DNA of 46,717 bases. It comes from a virus (lineage: Duplodnaviria > Caudoviricetes). Location of the stretch: the IMG/VR virus record IMGVR_UViG_3300025723_000063, positions 1-46,717 of that record. One strand, given 5' to 3'. The notes under the pieces were generated by a model that was not told the origin of the DNA, did not search any database, and worked only from the letters and a program-made list of their open reading frames with translations. The position numbers and the translations under genes are program-made. Shown piece after piece: positions 37,419 through 45,632 of the stretch (positions are counted from its first letter, which is position 1; each line of letters opens with the position of its first letter).

Positions 37419-38378
37419 ATGAATCCGACTATCGCCAAACTACTCTCCGCCGATAAAGACACCCGTGCCAAGATTCTGGGAATGCTGTCCCCAGAGGAAC
37501 TGGCTGTCGTGTTCAAGGAACTCGAAGAGATTGAGAAGTCGCCCACCCGACGGTGGTACTGCCCCCGTGTGACGTGCGACGGCAACCCCCACGCAGGATT
37601 TCACTGGTGTGACCACCCGATTGACGGCAAACACACGCCTTTTTGCAAGCACGCCCGTACCAGTCAGCGCCCACCGAAGGACGACCCCGACAATCCGTGG
37701 CTCGTATGGTTCTTTTCGGGCGGACGAGGCGTGGGTAAGACCCGTTCAGGAGCCGAATGGGTGCTTGACCTTGTTTGGAACCAAGGGTACAAGCGCATTG
37801 CCTTGATTGGACGAACCCCAGCCGACGTTCGAGACGTAATGATTTACGGGGACAGTGGAATCATGTCGGTGAGCGACCCCCACCCTCGCCCGACGCACGA
37901 GCCGACGAAGCGTCGCCTTATCTGGCCCAATGGGGCGCAGGCGTTCACCTACTCGGCTGCCGCTCCGAGCCAGTTGCGAGGCCCCCAGCACGACGCAGCG
38001 TGGGGAGACGAGATTGCGGCGTGGACGGACGCACCCAAAGGTGACTCCCTCGACACGTCCTATAACAACCTCATGCTGGGTCTGCGTCTGGGCACGAACC
38101 CGAAGGCACTTTTCACTTCAACGCCGAAGCGAGTGCGGTTGGTGCGAGAGATTATGGACAGGCGCACGACGGTCATCACCAACGGGACGACCTACGAAAA
38201 CCTTGACAACCTTGCGCCGTCGTTCCGAGAGAACGTCTTGCAGGCGTATGAGGGCACCCGAATCGGACAGCAGGAGTTGATGGGTGTCATGATGACCGAC
38301 GTTGACGGGGCGATGTTCACCTTGGAAATGATTGACGCTCACCGTGGACAACTCGTCCTTCCAAAAGAGGCCGCATGA
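37419..38378 (+). CDS. terL: Terminase large subunit, ATPase part
   Basis: Q motif (ARTSQRPP), Walker A GGRGVGKT, LRGPQH, Walker B AAWGDE, STP, TTYENLDNL, IGQQEL. Confidence 0.9.
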   Translation: MNPTIAKLLSADKDTRAKILGMLSPEELAVVFKELEEIEKSPTRRWYCPRVTCDGNPHAGFHWCDHPIDGKHTPFCKHARTSQRPPKDDPDNPWLVWFFSGGRGVGKTRSGAEWVLDLVWNQGYKRIALIGRTPADVRDVMIYGDSGIMSVSDPHPRPTHEPTKRRLIWPNGAQAFTYSAAAPSQLRGPQHDAAWGDEIAAWTDAPKGDSLDTSYNNLMLGLRLGTNPKALFTSTPKRVRLVREIMDRRTTVITNGTTYENLDNLAPSFRENVLQAYEGTRIGQQELMGVMMTDVDGAMFTLEMIDAHRGQLVLPKEAA

Positions 38379-39004
38379 TAGAAGTCTCCCTAGAGGATTT
38401 CACTAAAATAGTCGTGGGCGTTGACCCGTCCGTGACGAGCGGCGACGATGCGGACGAAACGGGCATCCTCGTGGTCGCCAAGGGGCCGCACCAAGAGGAC
38501 AGTTGCAACACCCCTCACTGCATCGGGCACGGCTACGTCTTGCAAGATGCCACCCTTCCAAAATCGAACAAGAACTCCGTGGACAAGTGGGCACGCCGTG
38601 TCGTCGAGGTGTTCGACTACTGGCGAGCCAACGTCATCGTCATCGAAGGCAACCACGGGCACGAGTTGCTCGACATGGCCCTGCGCACCGTCCGCAATGG
38701 CCTGCCTGTGGAGCGTCCTAACGCCCGTGACAGCAAGAAGGCACGCATGGAGCCGATTGTGGCCCTCTACGAGCAGGGGCGCATTCATCACCTAGGCGAC
38801 CCGACGCAGTTCGCTGCATTGGAAGAGCAGATGACGACGTGGGTGCCGCCTGCGGAAGGCAAGCGTGGTTCCAAATCACCTGACCGTGTGGACGCACTCG
38901 TGTGGGCGCTGGCGGAACTCAACCTTCAGGGGCGCAAGGCTCGACCAGCCATCGGCGGATTCTCTCCGCTCGGCTTCAGCCAAACCAACGAATGGAAGAT
39001 TTAG
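38375..39004 (+). CDS. terL: Terminase large subunit, RNase H-like nuclease part (separate ORF)
   Basis: IVVGVDP..DETGI, IEGNHG, KKARMEPIVALYEQGRIHH, SPDRVDALVWA. Confidence 0.9.
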   Translation: MIEVSLEDFTKIVVGVDPSVTSGDDADETGILVVAKGPHQEDSCNTPHCIGHGYVLQDATLPKSNKNSVDKWARRVVEVFDYWRANVIVIEGNHGHELLDMALRTVRNGLPVERPNARDSKKARMEPIVALYEQGRIHHLGDPTQFAALEEQMTTWVPPAEGKRGSKSPDRVDALVWALAELNLQGRKARPAIGGFSPLGFSQTNEWKI

Positions 39005-39393
39005 GAACGCAGTGAGGCGAGCAGGGCGTTCACCTCGCCCACCGACTGATGGCCCTTCACGTCCTCGCCGTTTTCGAAGGGGATGAAGTCGCCCTTCTCG
39101 TTCAGCATGGCGACCTCGGCGCTCATGGGTGTCTCGTCGAACGTGTCACCCTCTCTGCCTTTGTTCTCGCAGTAGTTGTGTGTGCCCCACGCAACACTGA
39201 CCGTGTGTTCACCACAGGGCACGACGGCCTGACGATGATGGAACGTCCCCAGTGGGTCTGTGTGCGTCCATGAGACGATGCGAGCGTCCTCGTAGACCTT
39301 GTTGCCACATCGGAAGTGACCTTCCGTGGTGATGCCAAACGTGCCGACACGATTGTCGAGGAACTTCGACATGGCTTCGCCAAACTCGTTCAT
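39001..39393 (-). CDS. Hypothetical protein
   Basis: ATG 39393 coupled to upstream stop; VSVAWGTHNYCEN, SAEVA. Confidence 0.6.
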   Translation of the reverse strand: MNEFGEAMSKFLDNRVGTFGITTEGHFRCGNKVYEDARIVSWTHTDPLGTFHHRQAVVPCGEHTVSVAWGTHNYCENKGREGDTFDETPMSAEVAMLNEKGDFIPFENGEDVKGHQSVGEVNALLASLRS

Positions 39394-39536
39394 GGCTTCA
39401 CCATGCCTTCGCACTCGCACCCCTCGACGAGGCAGCCTGACGGAATCGGATACCCGAACATCGTCTGGCTGATGTGCTTGGCGTTGATGTGACCGCAGAC
39501 GCATACGGCGGTCAGGACGCTTGCTACGTCGCTCAT
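39390..39536 (-). CDS. Small Cys/His-rich protein, not in ORF track
   Basis: CVCGH...H...C...GCEC; GAGG RBS; ATGA overlaps at both ends. Confidence 0.55.
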   Translation of the reverse strand: MSDVASVLTAVCVCGHINAKHISQTMFGYPIPSGCLVEGCECEGMVKP

Positions 39537-39826
39537 ACGTTCACCTCTTCGCTTACGCCTGTGAAGGCGATGTTGACTTCATCGTCGTCGCTCAGGCTAC
39601 CGTCAAACCAGTCGGGGTGCAAGATGCGCTCTGCCATCTCGTCCATGACTTCCTTCATGGCGCTGCCTGCGAACTCCATGCAGTTGGCAATGTTATCCTC
39701 ACGCTCGGTGGCGAGGACTTCACCAGCCTTGTTGCGCACTTCCCATCGGAAGGTGCCGTTGGGCAACTGCTCGATGGATACTTGGACTTCAGCCAAGTCT
39801 CGCCATGTGTCGTAAATGCTCTTCAT
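39533..39826 (-). CDS. Hypothetical acidic protein
   Basis: AGGAG RBS and conserved upstream promoter. Confidence 0.65.
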   Translation of the reverse strand: MKSIYDTWRDLAEVQVSIEQLPNGTFRWEVRNKAGEVLATEREDNIANCMEFAGSAMKEVMDEMAERILHPDWFDGSLSDDDEVNIAFTGVSEEVNV

Positions 39827-39831
39827 GCTGT

Positions 39832-39894
39832 GCTCCTAGTCAGTTGGTAAATCTCGATACATCTATCTTGCCATACGGCTGTGACATGCGTCAA
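39832..39894 (-). promoter_or_regulatory. Early-type promoter plus leader box
   Basis: TTGACG-N18 (TGTCACA)-CAAGAT, then GATTTACCAACTGACTAGGAG. Confidence 0.75.
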
Positions 39895-39977
39895 GTATTT
39901 ATTCAGATTCTTTTTGAGACGCTGTGTGGCCCTGTAAGGCGTTGTAGGGGCTGGCCCTATGCCAACCCCTACTGCCC

Positions 39978-40358
39978 TTAGTTGTTGACTTCCTGCTTCA
40001 CCTGAGAGGCGCTGCGTGCCATCTTGATGTATCGGCATGCCGTTGGGTACGAGATGCGATACGACTTGGCGACGCTGGCAATCGTCTCGCCTGCTGCAAC
40101 TCGGCTGGCGAGCATTGCTGCCTGCGATGCGTTCAGCAACGGCTTAGCGCCCTTGCGTGCTGCCTTCTTCGCTACCTTGGCGGTCTTGGTGACTGCCTTG
40201 GTCGTCGTCGTTGCTACGGCCTTCACCGTGCCCCCTGTGAGGATGCGGAGCGCCTCGGCGGTGTTCTTCGTTGCCGTGAGGTCATCACCCGACAGGGCAG
40301 CCGTGATAGCCGTGCTCAGGAGAGCGATGGTCTGCTGTGTGGTCTTGTTTGTGTTCAT
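39978..40358 (-). CDS. HTH DNA-binding protein with Lys/Ala/Thr linker
   Basis: AAGETIASVAKSYRISYPTACRYIK; GAGGGGG RBS before ATG 40358. Confidence 0.7.
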   Translation of the reverse strand: MNTNKTTQQTIALLSTAITAALSGDDLTATKNTAEALRILTGGTVKAVATTTTKAVTKTAKVAKKAARKGAKPLLNASQAAMLASRVAAGETIASVAKSYRISYPTACRYIKMARSASQVKQEVNN

Positions 40359-40372
40359 GTTCACCCCCTCGG

Positions 40373-41269
40373 TCACGCTAGGGCGGACACTGTGTCCGCA
40401 GTCTCGATGGCTGGTGCCGTGTAGTCCACGGCCTCAGTGGTCAGAATCAAGGTCATGCCCATGGCAGCAACGTCAGCCATGCGAGCGTCCAACTCTTCCT
40501 CGATGAGGGTGATGGCCTCGACGCAGAACTTCTCAAAGTGCTTGGCTCCGCCCGTGATGGAAATCTTGTTGTATCGCTTCACCAGAATGCTGTCACGGTT
40601 AGAAAAAACATTCTTGATGACACGGATAGCGTCGGCGTAGTCGTAACCGCCAGAGACGTTCAGCGTGTGGCGGTAGCGGATGATGGGCTGGTCGGAATCT
40701 GAATCCCAGCGCACTCGTGGCGTGGTGGTCACTGAGACGCAATCGGAAACGCCGTTGAAGTGCGTGTGGAACTCTTCACCTTCGAGGTTGCCGTAGGGGA
40801 TGCGCTGCTGCACTTCCTGCGTGGCGAGCCAGTCCACCATCGCCGTGTGAGCGTCCACCATCCCCGTGATGCTGAAGTTGCGCAGTGGGCGATTCGGGTC
40901 GTACTCGCCCCCACCCTCGGTGACACGACGGCTCTCACGAGCGACCTCGATGACGTGGCTGCGCTGCGCTTCCGCCTCGGCCTCGGTCAGTGCCGTGGTG
41001 AACTTCGTGATGGTGCGCTTCAGGGTCGTGCTGGCCTCACGGCGCAGTTCAACCAAGCGAGCACGAACCACGTCGCCGTCGGCAACATGGATGACGGCAT
41101 CGGTGCCAAGCGAGGTGCTGTCAAGGTCGAGCGCCTCAGCGATGGTGATGCCAGTGCCCGACGAGATGCGGACGTGCGCAACTGGCGTGGTCTGCGCAGC
41201 AATGGTTGCAGCCTGCGCCATAATCTGAGCAGTCAGGTCGGCTGCATTGTGTGTGGTGATGCGGTTCAT
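40373..41269 (-). CDS. Hypothetical protein (298 aa)
   Basis: AGGAG RBS and conserved upstream promoter. Confidence 0.7.
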   Translation of the reverse strand: MNRITTHNAADLTAQIMAQAATIAAQTTPVAHVRISSGTGITIAEALDLDSTSLGTDAVIHVADGDVVRARLVELRREASTTLKRTITKFTTALTEAEAEAQRSHVIEVARESRRVTEGGGEYDPNRPLRNFSITGMVDAHTAMVDWLATQEVQQRIPYGNLEGEEFHTHFNGVSDCVSVTTTPRVRWDSDSDQPIIRYRHTLNVSGGYDYADAIRVIKNVFSNRDSILVKRYNKISITGGAKHFEKFCVEAITLIEEELDARMADVAAMGMTLILTTEAVDYTAPAIETADTVSALA

Positions 41270-41273
41270 GGTT

Positions 41274-41339
41274 TCTCCTAAATCAATCAGTTAGTAATGC
41301 GATACATCTATGGTGCCAGATGACTGTGACATAAGTCAA
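41274..41339 (-). promoter_or_regulatory. Early-type promoter plus leader box
   Basis: TTGACT-N18 (TGTCACA)-CACCAT, then ATTACTAACTGATTGATTTAGGAG. Confidence 0.75.
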
Positions 41340-41350
41340 GCCAATCTGAT

Positions 41351-41713
41351 TTATTTCTTTCCGCCGTGCCAAGCGACAGAGAAGTCTACGGCCTGCGAAA
41401 GGATGTCTGGTGGACGGTCACCTTGCACGCTTAGTTCAATGATGCCGAACTCAGCCAACTTCATGAGGAAGGCTTCGTCGGTCAACTCGTCATCCACGAC
41501 GATGCGGTACTGGACGAACGTGCGGTAGGCGATACCACGCTTCGGGTACTTGTGGTCGGCAGGGATGTACGAGCGTTCACCAATCGTTGCGAGGATGTCG
41601 TAGGCGCTCGGTGCGACGATGACTTCATCGTCCCACTTCACCGTCCACGTCGAACCCGAAGGCGAGAAGATGATGTCATCGGTGTCGTTGGAAATGCTAT
41701 TTATAGACATCAT
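41351..41713 (-). CDS. Hypothetical protein coupled to the GATase gene
   Basis: ATGA overlap with GATase stop; AAGGA RBS. Confidence 0.65.
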   Translation of the reverse strand: MMSINSISNDTDDIIFSPSGSTWTVKWDDEVIVAPSAYDILATIGERSYIPADHKYPKRGIAYRTFVQYRIVVDDELTDEAFLMKLAEFGIIELSVQGDRPPDILSQAVDFSVAWHGGKK

Positions 41714-42441
41714 GCGATTTCCTTCAGGCTGGTGCCGATTTGTGCGAGGTCAATAATCTCGCCGTTGCGGATTCGCATGTACGTCATCGGGTCAATGTCC
41801 TCAGCCCACGAGAGGTCGAGGCCAGCATCAGCGCAGCCACCCACGAGCAACGGCATCGTTGATGCGAAGATGAGGGAGCCAGCCTTGGTGAACCCGATGG
41901 CAAGCGGCGAGCCGTCAACACGAGCGAGGTGAAGGTCACGCTTGTCACGAGCGTCTAGCCACGCCAGAGCAGCACGGCCCTTCAGCGACTGGAGCACTTG
42001 CGCTGGGGAGTAGATGGTGCGGTTCAGCAGAGCGAACGCAGCCTCACTGTCCACCTGCGCCTTGCGATGCTCACGGAGCGCCTCGAACACGTTACGGTCA
42101 TTCGAGAGCACGCCGTTGTGAACGCCGACAATCTTGCCCGACACGATGGGGTGGTTGTTCAGGTTGTTCTGAGGTGAACCCTGCGTCGCCCAACGAGTGT
42201 GAAGGATGACACGCTTGGTGCTCTCAGGCATCTGCTTCAGGTAAGGGTCGAACGAGTAGGCAGGCACAGGTGCCTTACTCACCGCAATGGTGGCCTTCTT
42301 CGTCTCCTTGTCTGATGCGACCCATGCTGCACCAGTGGCATCCTCGCCACGGCTAACGATGTGATTGAGCAAGCAAGTACTCAACTTGCGAGCGTTGATG
42401 TTCTCGTCTCGGCTGAGACAAAATCCTGCGATACCGCACAT
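41710..42441 (-). CDS. Class II (Ntn) glutamine amidotransferase-like protein
   Basis: MCGIAG, RGEDATG, HTRWATQG, NNHP, HNGV, VDSE. Confidence 0.9.
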   Translation of the reverse strand: MCGIAGFCLSRDENINARKLSTCLLNHIVSRGEDATGAAWVASDKETKKATIAVSKAPVPAYSFDPYLKQMPESTKRVILHTRWATQGSPQNNLNNHPIVSGKIVGVHNGVLSNDRNVFEALREHRKAQVDSEAAFALLNRTIYSPAQVLQSLKGRAALAWLDARDKRDLHLARVDGSPLAIGFTKAGSLIFASTMPLLVGGCADAGLDLSWAEDIDPMTYMRIRNGEIIDLAQIGTSLKEIA

Positions 42442-42500
42442 GTGATTCTCTTTTCTGTTTGTTGGTCAGTTGGTTGTAAATCGGTGGTCAATCATTATTG

Positions 42501-42544
42501 CACATGGAGACTGCACCATGCAAATCTGATGCAGTCCCCATGTG
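42501..42544. other. Stem-loop between the amidoligase and GATase genes
   Basis: CACATGGAGACTGCA...TGCAGTCCCCATGTG; no U tract on the coding strand. Confidence 0.6.
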
Positions 42545-42555
42545 ATGGGTGCTAC

Positions 42556-43641
42556 TTATCGGCTACCAGCCAACGTCGTCGCACGGTTGTTGAGGTACGT
42601 CTTGGTCTGGTCGTCCAAGCCCAGCGCCGTGGTGAAGGCATCGAGCGAACCGAAGTCCTGCACGTCGCCGTCCTGCATCGAGGCACCCTTCTCCATGATG
42701 GCGATGATGGTCTTGACCCACGAGACAACCTTCTCGCCGTTCAGCGAGCCTTGGTGCTGGCGGAACTCGATGGTGCCGTGACGCAGGTACGAGGTGATGT
42801 TGACGACCATGTAGCGAGGCAGGCCACGAGCGCCCGACTGGATGTCGTTCACGCCGTTGGCACGACGCAGAGCGTTGCGCAGGTTCTGCATCGCAGCGTT
42901 GTTGTACTTCATGGCGTAGCCGTTGTTGAGGCGTGATGCAGCGAGCACGGTGTCGAGGTGCGTGTTGTTCTGAACGTACAGGTCAACGACACGGATGATG
43001 TCTGCGCCAGTCATGCCGTCGGCACCGACGTGGACGTGGATGCCGCAGGACTTGTCAACCTTGGCACCAGCGTTCAGCAACGCCGTGACCGCCTTGGCAG
43101 TCTCAGCGAAACCGTTAGCGCCACGCAGGATGGGCGACACCAGTTCGAGGCCAGAGCCACAGCCCGTGCCACGAGAGGTGACCGAAGCGTCCGTGACAAT
43201 CTTCCAATGGGCACGGGTCTGGTGGTTGTACGATTCCGATGCAGCCGAGATGCCAGCGGCAGTCAGAGCGTCAACGGCAACACGAGGCGTGATGCCGAAG
43301 AACTCAATCTCGACACCGAAGGTGCGAGTGAGTGCAGCAGCGTTGGCGACGGCAGCAGCAGCGACAGGAGCAACAGCAGTGGTCGCAGCGACGGCAGCGA
43401 CAGCGTTGTTGGCGAGGGCTGCACCACTCAACTGCTCACGACGCTCGGCAGCACGGACTGCTTCAGCAGCCGACTGAGGGCGAGGGACACCGTTGGGCGT
43501 GTAGCCCAACTGACGAGCGATGTCAATGTACGCCATGCCCTGACGACGAAGGCGAAGGGCCTCGTCCTGACGAGCGACGGTAGCGATGGTGTTGCGGTTG
43601 ATGGCACTGCGGTTGTACTGCGAGGGACGGTTGCTAGGCAT
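42556..43641 (-). CDS. Putative amidoligase (COOH-NH2 ligase, Amidoligase_2) with N-terminal HTH
   Basis: TFGVEIEF, WKIVTDAS, LELVSPIL, SCGIHVHVG, RYMVVN, GTIEFRQH; N-terminal ALRLRRQGMAYIDIARQLGY. Confidence 0.85.
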   Translation of the reverse strand: MPSNRPSQYNRSAINRNTIATVARQDEALRLRRQGMAYIDIARQLGYTPNGVPRPQSAAEAVRAAERREQLSGAALANNAVAAVAATTAVAPVAAAAVANAAALTRTFGVEIEFFGITPRVAVDALTAAGISAASESYNHQTRAHWKIVTDASVTSRGTGCGSGLELVSPILRGANGFAETAKAVTALLNAGAKVDKSCGIHVHVGADGMTGADIIRVVDLYVQNNTHLDTVLAASRLNNGYAMKYNNAAMQNLRNALRRANGVNDIQSGARGLPRYMVVNITSYLRHGTIEFRQHQGSLNGEKVVSWVKTIIAIMEKGASMQDGDVQDFGSLDAFTTALGLDDQTKTYLNNRATTLAGSR

Positions 43642-43647
43642 TTTGGA

Positions 43648-43716
43648 TTCTCCAATCAGTTGGTTTATTTGGTACTCAACCATCGTACAGTGTGGCTGTG
43701 ACGTATGTCAAGTCAA
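43648..43716 (-). promoter_or_regulatory. Early-type promoter plus leader box
   Basis: TTGACA-N18 (CGTCACA)-TACGAT, then AACCAACTGATTGGAG. Confidence 0.75.
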
Positions 43717-43812
43717 TCCGAAAAAAAACTTGAAACACGTTGCAACCACTGGTGATTGAGCAACACAAACACAATGACATAAAGGTGTGACATGAACAAA
43801 AAAAGAAAAGCC

Positions 43813-43881
43813 TTGACGCTGCATCACCTCGTATGCCATCATGTATGGGTCGCACTTGCGGCACCAACTGATTAGGAGAAC
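43813..43881 (+). promoter_or_regulatory. Divergent early-type promoter plus leader box
   Basis: TTGACG-N18-CATCAT, then ACCAACTGATTAGGAG. Confidence 0.65.
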
Positions 43882-43887
43882 ATCACC

Positions 43888-44190
43888 ATGAGCAAGTATC
43901 AACCGAAGCACGCACGACGTAGGAATGTGAACAGGCACGCATACGACATTTGGACGTTTGCAGCGTTCCCTGCGGCAATGACCGAAGCACTACTCGTCCG
44001 ATACAACGGAGCAGTAGGTCAGGTGACGCTGAGTTTCATTCCGTCACTCGTTCGAGTGTTCGCTGCGTTCGGCGCACTGTGGGTCGGCTACGCCGTCGTC
44101 CTCGCCATCTTCACCATGAAGAACATCGAGCGTGAGCAGCGTGCCTTCGCACGTCGTCGTGCAGCACACGAAGAGCGTCGTCGTTCATGA
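43888..44190 (+). CDS. Membrane protein
   Basis: Hydrophobic helices with basic termini; AGGAG RBS. Confidence 0.6.
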   Translation: MSKYQPKHARRRNVNRHAYDIWTFAAFPAAMTEALLVRYNGAVGQVTLSFIPSLVRVFAAFGALWVGYAVVLAIFTMKNIEREQRAFARRRAAHEERRRS

Positions 44191-44227
44191 TGTCAATCGT
44201 CACGCCGATGGCGTTGATGCCGATTGA

Positions 44228-44533
44228 GTGCTGATGCCTATTCGTAGCATTTTCATTCAATGGTTCGAGACGGGTACGTCACGATGGCAAGGCGGTCACG
44301 AGTTCATTCACGAGTGGGAAGGCATTGACCCTCGCTTCACTCATCACCACTGGTGGGTGTGCGAGACGATGACCCCCAACGACGAACGTCTCTACGAGTT
44401 GTTCTTGTGTCCGTCCGATGGTGATGCGACTATCCCGTGTGGGATGTATCGCAACATCGTCTCAGCGAAGGATGCGAGCGAGCGCCTCAACGCTTTGCTG
44501 TTTGAGTTGCGTTCGGCTTCGCCTGATTCTTGA
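44228..44533 (+). CDS. Hypothetical protein
   Basis: 101-aa ORF; 47-bp convergent overlap with the glycosyltransferase gene. Confidence 0.4.
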   Translation: MLMPIRSIFIQWFETGTSRWQGGHEFIHEWEGIDPRFTHHHWWVCETMTPNDERLYELFLCPSDGDATIPCGMYRNIVSAKDASERLNALLFELRSASPDS

Positions 44534-45632
44534 TGATGGTTTTTAGTTCATCCATCTGCACTTTGTAGCGACCCTTGATGACGGCGGCCTTCTCCGCTTT
44601 TCGGAACATGTCGAGCGATTCTTTGTTGCGACCTATGTGGGCGAGAGCGAAGGCCGTCGCTGCGTAGGGGCCGTCATCGTACATCAACTTGTTGCGTGGT
44701 CGTCCATCTGCGTCGGGCACCATCTCCATGCACGCACGCCAGAACACCACCGCCTTGTCGTGTTGTCCCGTCTCAGAGAAGAGGGTGGCGATGCTGAACC
44801 ATGCGTCGGGCTGCGTCGGGTCATGCCCGATGGCGTTGAGCCACACCCCAGCGGCGTTGGTCTTGTCCTGTAGCGTCTCGTCGTTGCGGTTGTAGTAGCA
44901 GCGCCCGATGTTCATCAGAGCGTCGTAGTACTCCCACGTTTGAGGGTTGGTGCCGAGGAAGGCCGTCCACTGGTCAATCGCTTCCTGCGCCCGACCAAGG
45001 TCACGAAGTTCCTGCGCCCGATAGAACATCGTGCGTGGCGTGTCATCACCTGCGGCAATCATCTTGTCGAGGATGCGAAGGTTTCGCTTGGCTCCGCCCA
45101 CGAGGTCAGAGAAGGGGTCGTCTACCGCTGCCTTGTCCCAGAGGGCGTTGCGTGGCTCGGCAGGCTCCTTGGTGGTGACCGTCTCGTGAATGGGGCGCTC
45201 CCAGATTGGCTTCGCCCCCATGCGCACGATGCGAGGAACAATCATGCTGAAGAGAGGGTTGCCGAACTCGTCCAACTTGCGGTTGATGGGAATCCAAATC
45301 ATGTCGAAGTCCTTGCCTTGGAACAAGGGGGTCTGGCGCAACTCCATCAGGGCAGCCACCGATTCGGGCTTCACCACGTCGCCCGTGTCGAGCCACATCG
45401 CCCAGTCCGTCGTAATCTTGTCGAGGGCAAAGTTCCGAGCGGCGCTGAAGTCGTCAATCCACGGGAACTCGTAGACCTCGGCACCATAGGACTTTGCCAG
45501 TGAAATCGTGTTGTCCTCGGAGCCAGTGTCCACGACGACAATCTGGTCGAACAGCCCCTTCACGCATTCCAATGTGCGAGCCAGCGTCTCTTCCGAGTTA
45601 CGGGCAATCATGTGCAGGCCAAGGGTTTTCAC
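44487..45632 (-). CDS. GT2 glycosyltransferase with TPR repeats (SunS-like architecture)
   Basis: LHMIARN, VVVDTGSEDNT, WIDDFSAARN, WLDTGD, PIHE, RNLRIL; C-terminal TPRs. Confidence 0.9.
   Translation of the reverse strand: MKTLGLHMIARNSEETLARTLECVKGLFDQIVVVDTGSEDNTISLAKSYGAEVYEFPWIDDFSAARNFALDKITTDWAMWLDTGDVVKPESVAALMELRQTPLFQGKDFDMIWIPINRKLDEFGNPLFSMIVPRIVRMGAKPIWERPIHETVTTKEPAEPRNALWDKAAVDDPFSDLVGGAKRNLRILDKMIAAGDDTPRTMFYRAQELRDLGRAQEAIDQWTAFLGTNPQTWEYYDALMNIGRCYYNRNDETLQDKTNAAGVWLNAIGHDPTQPDAWFSIATLFSETGQHDKAVVFWRACMEMVPDADGRPRNKLMYDDGPYAATAFALAHIGRNKESLDMFRKAEKAAVIKGRYKVQMDELKTIIKNQAKPNATQTAKR

Noticed and set aside
38340-38400. terL as a pseudogene or intron/intein-split gene
   Set aside because: Clean ATGA coupling with RBS at the domain boundary, intact motifs, and no intervening sequence
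43330-43420. GCA-rich low-complexity tract
   Set aside because: Encodes the Ala-rich linker of the amidoligase
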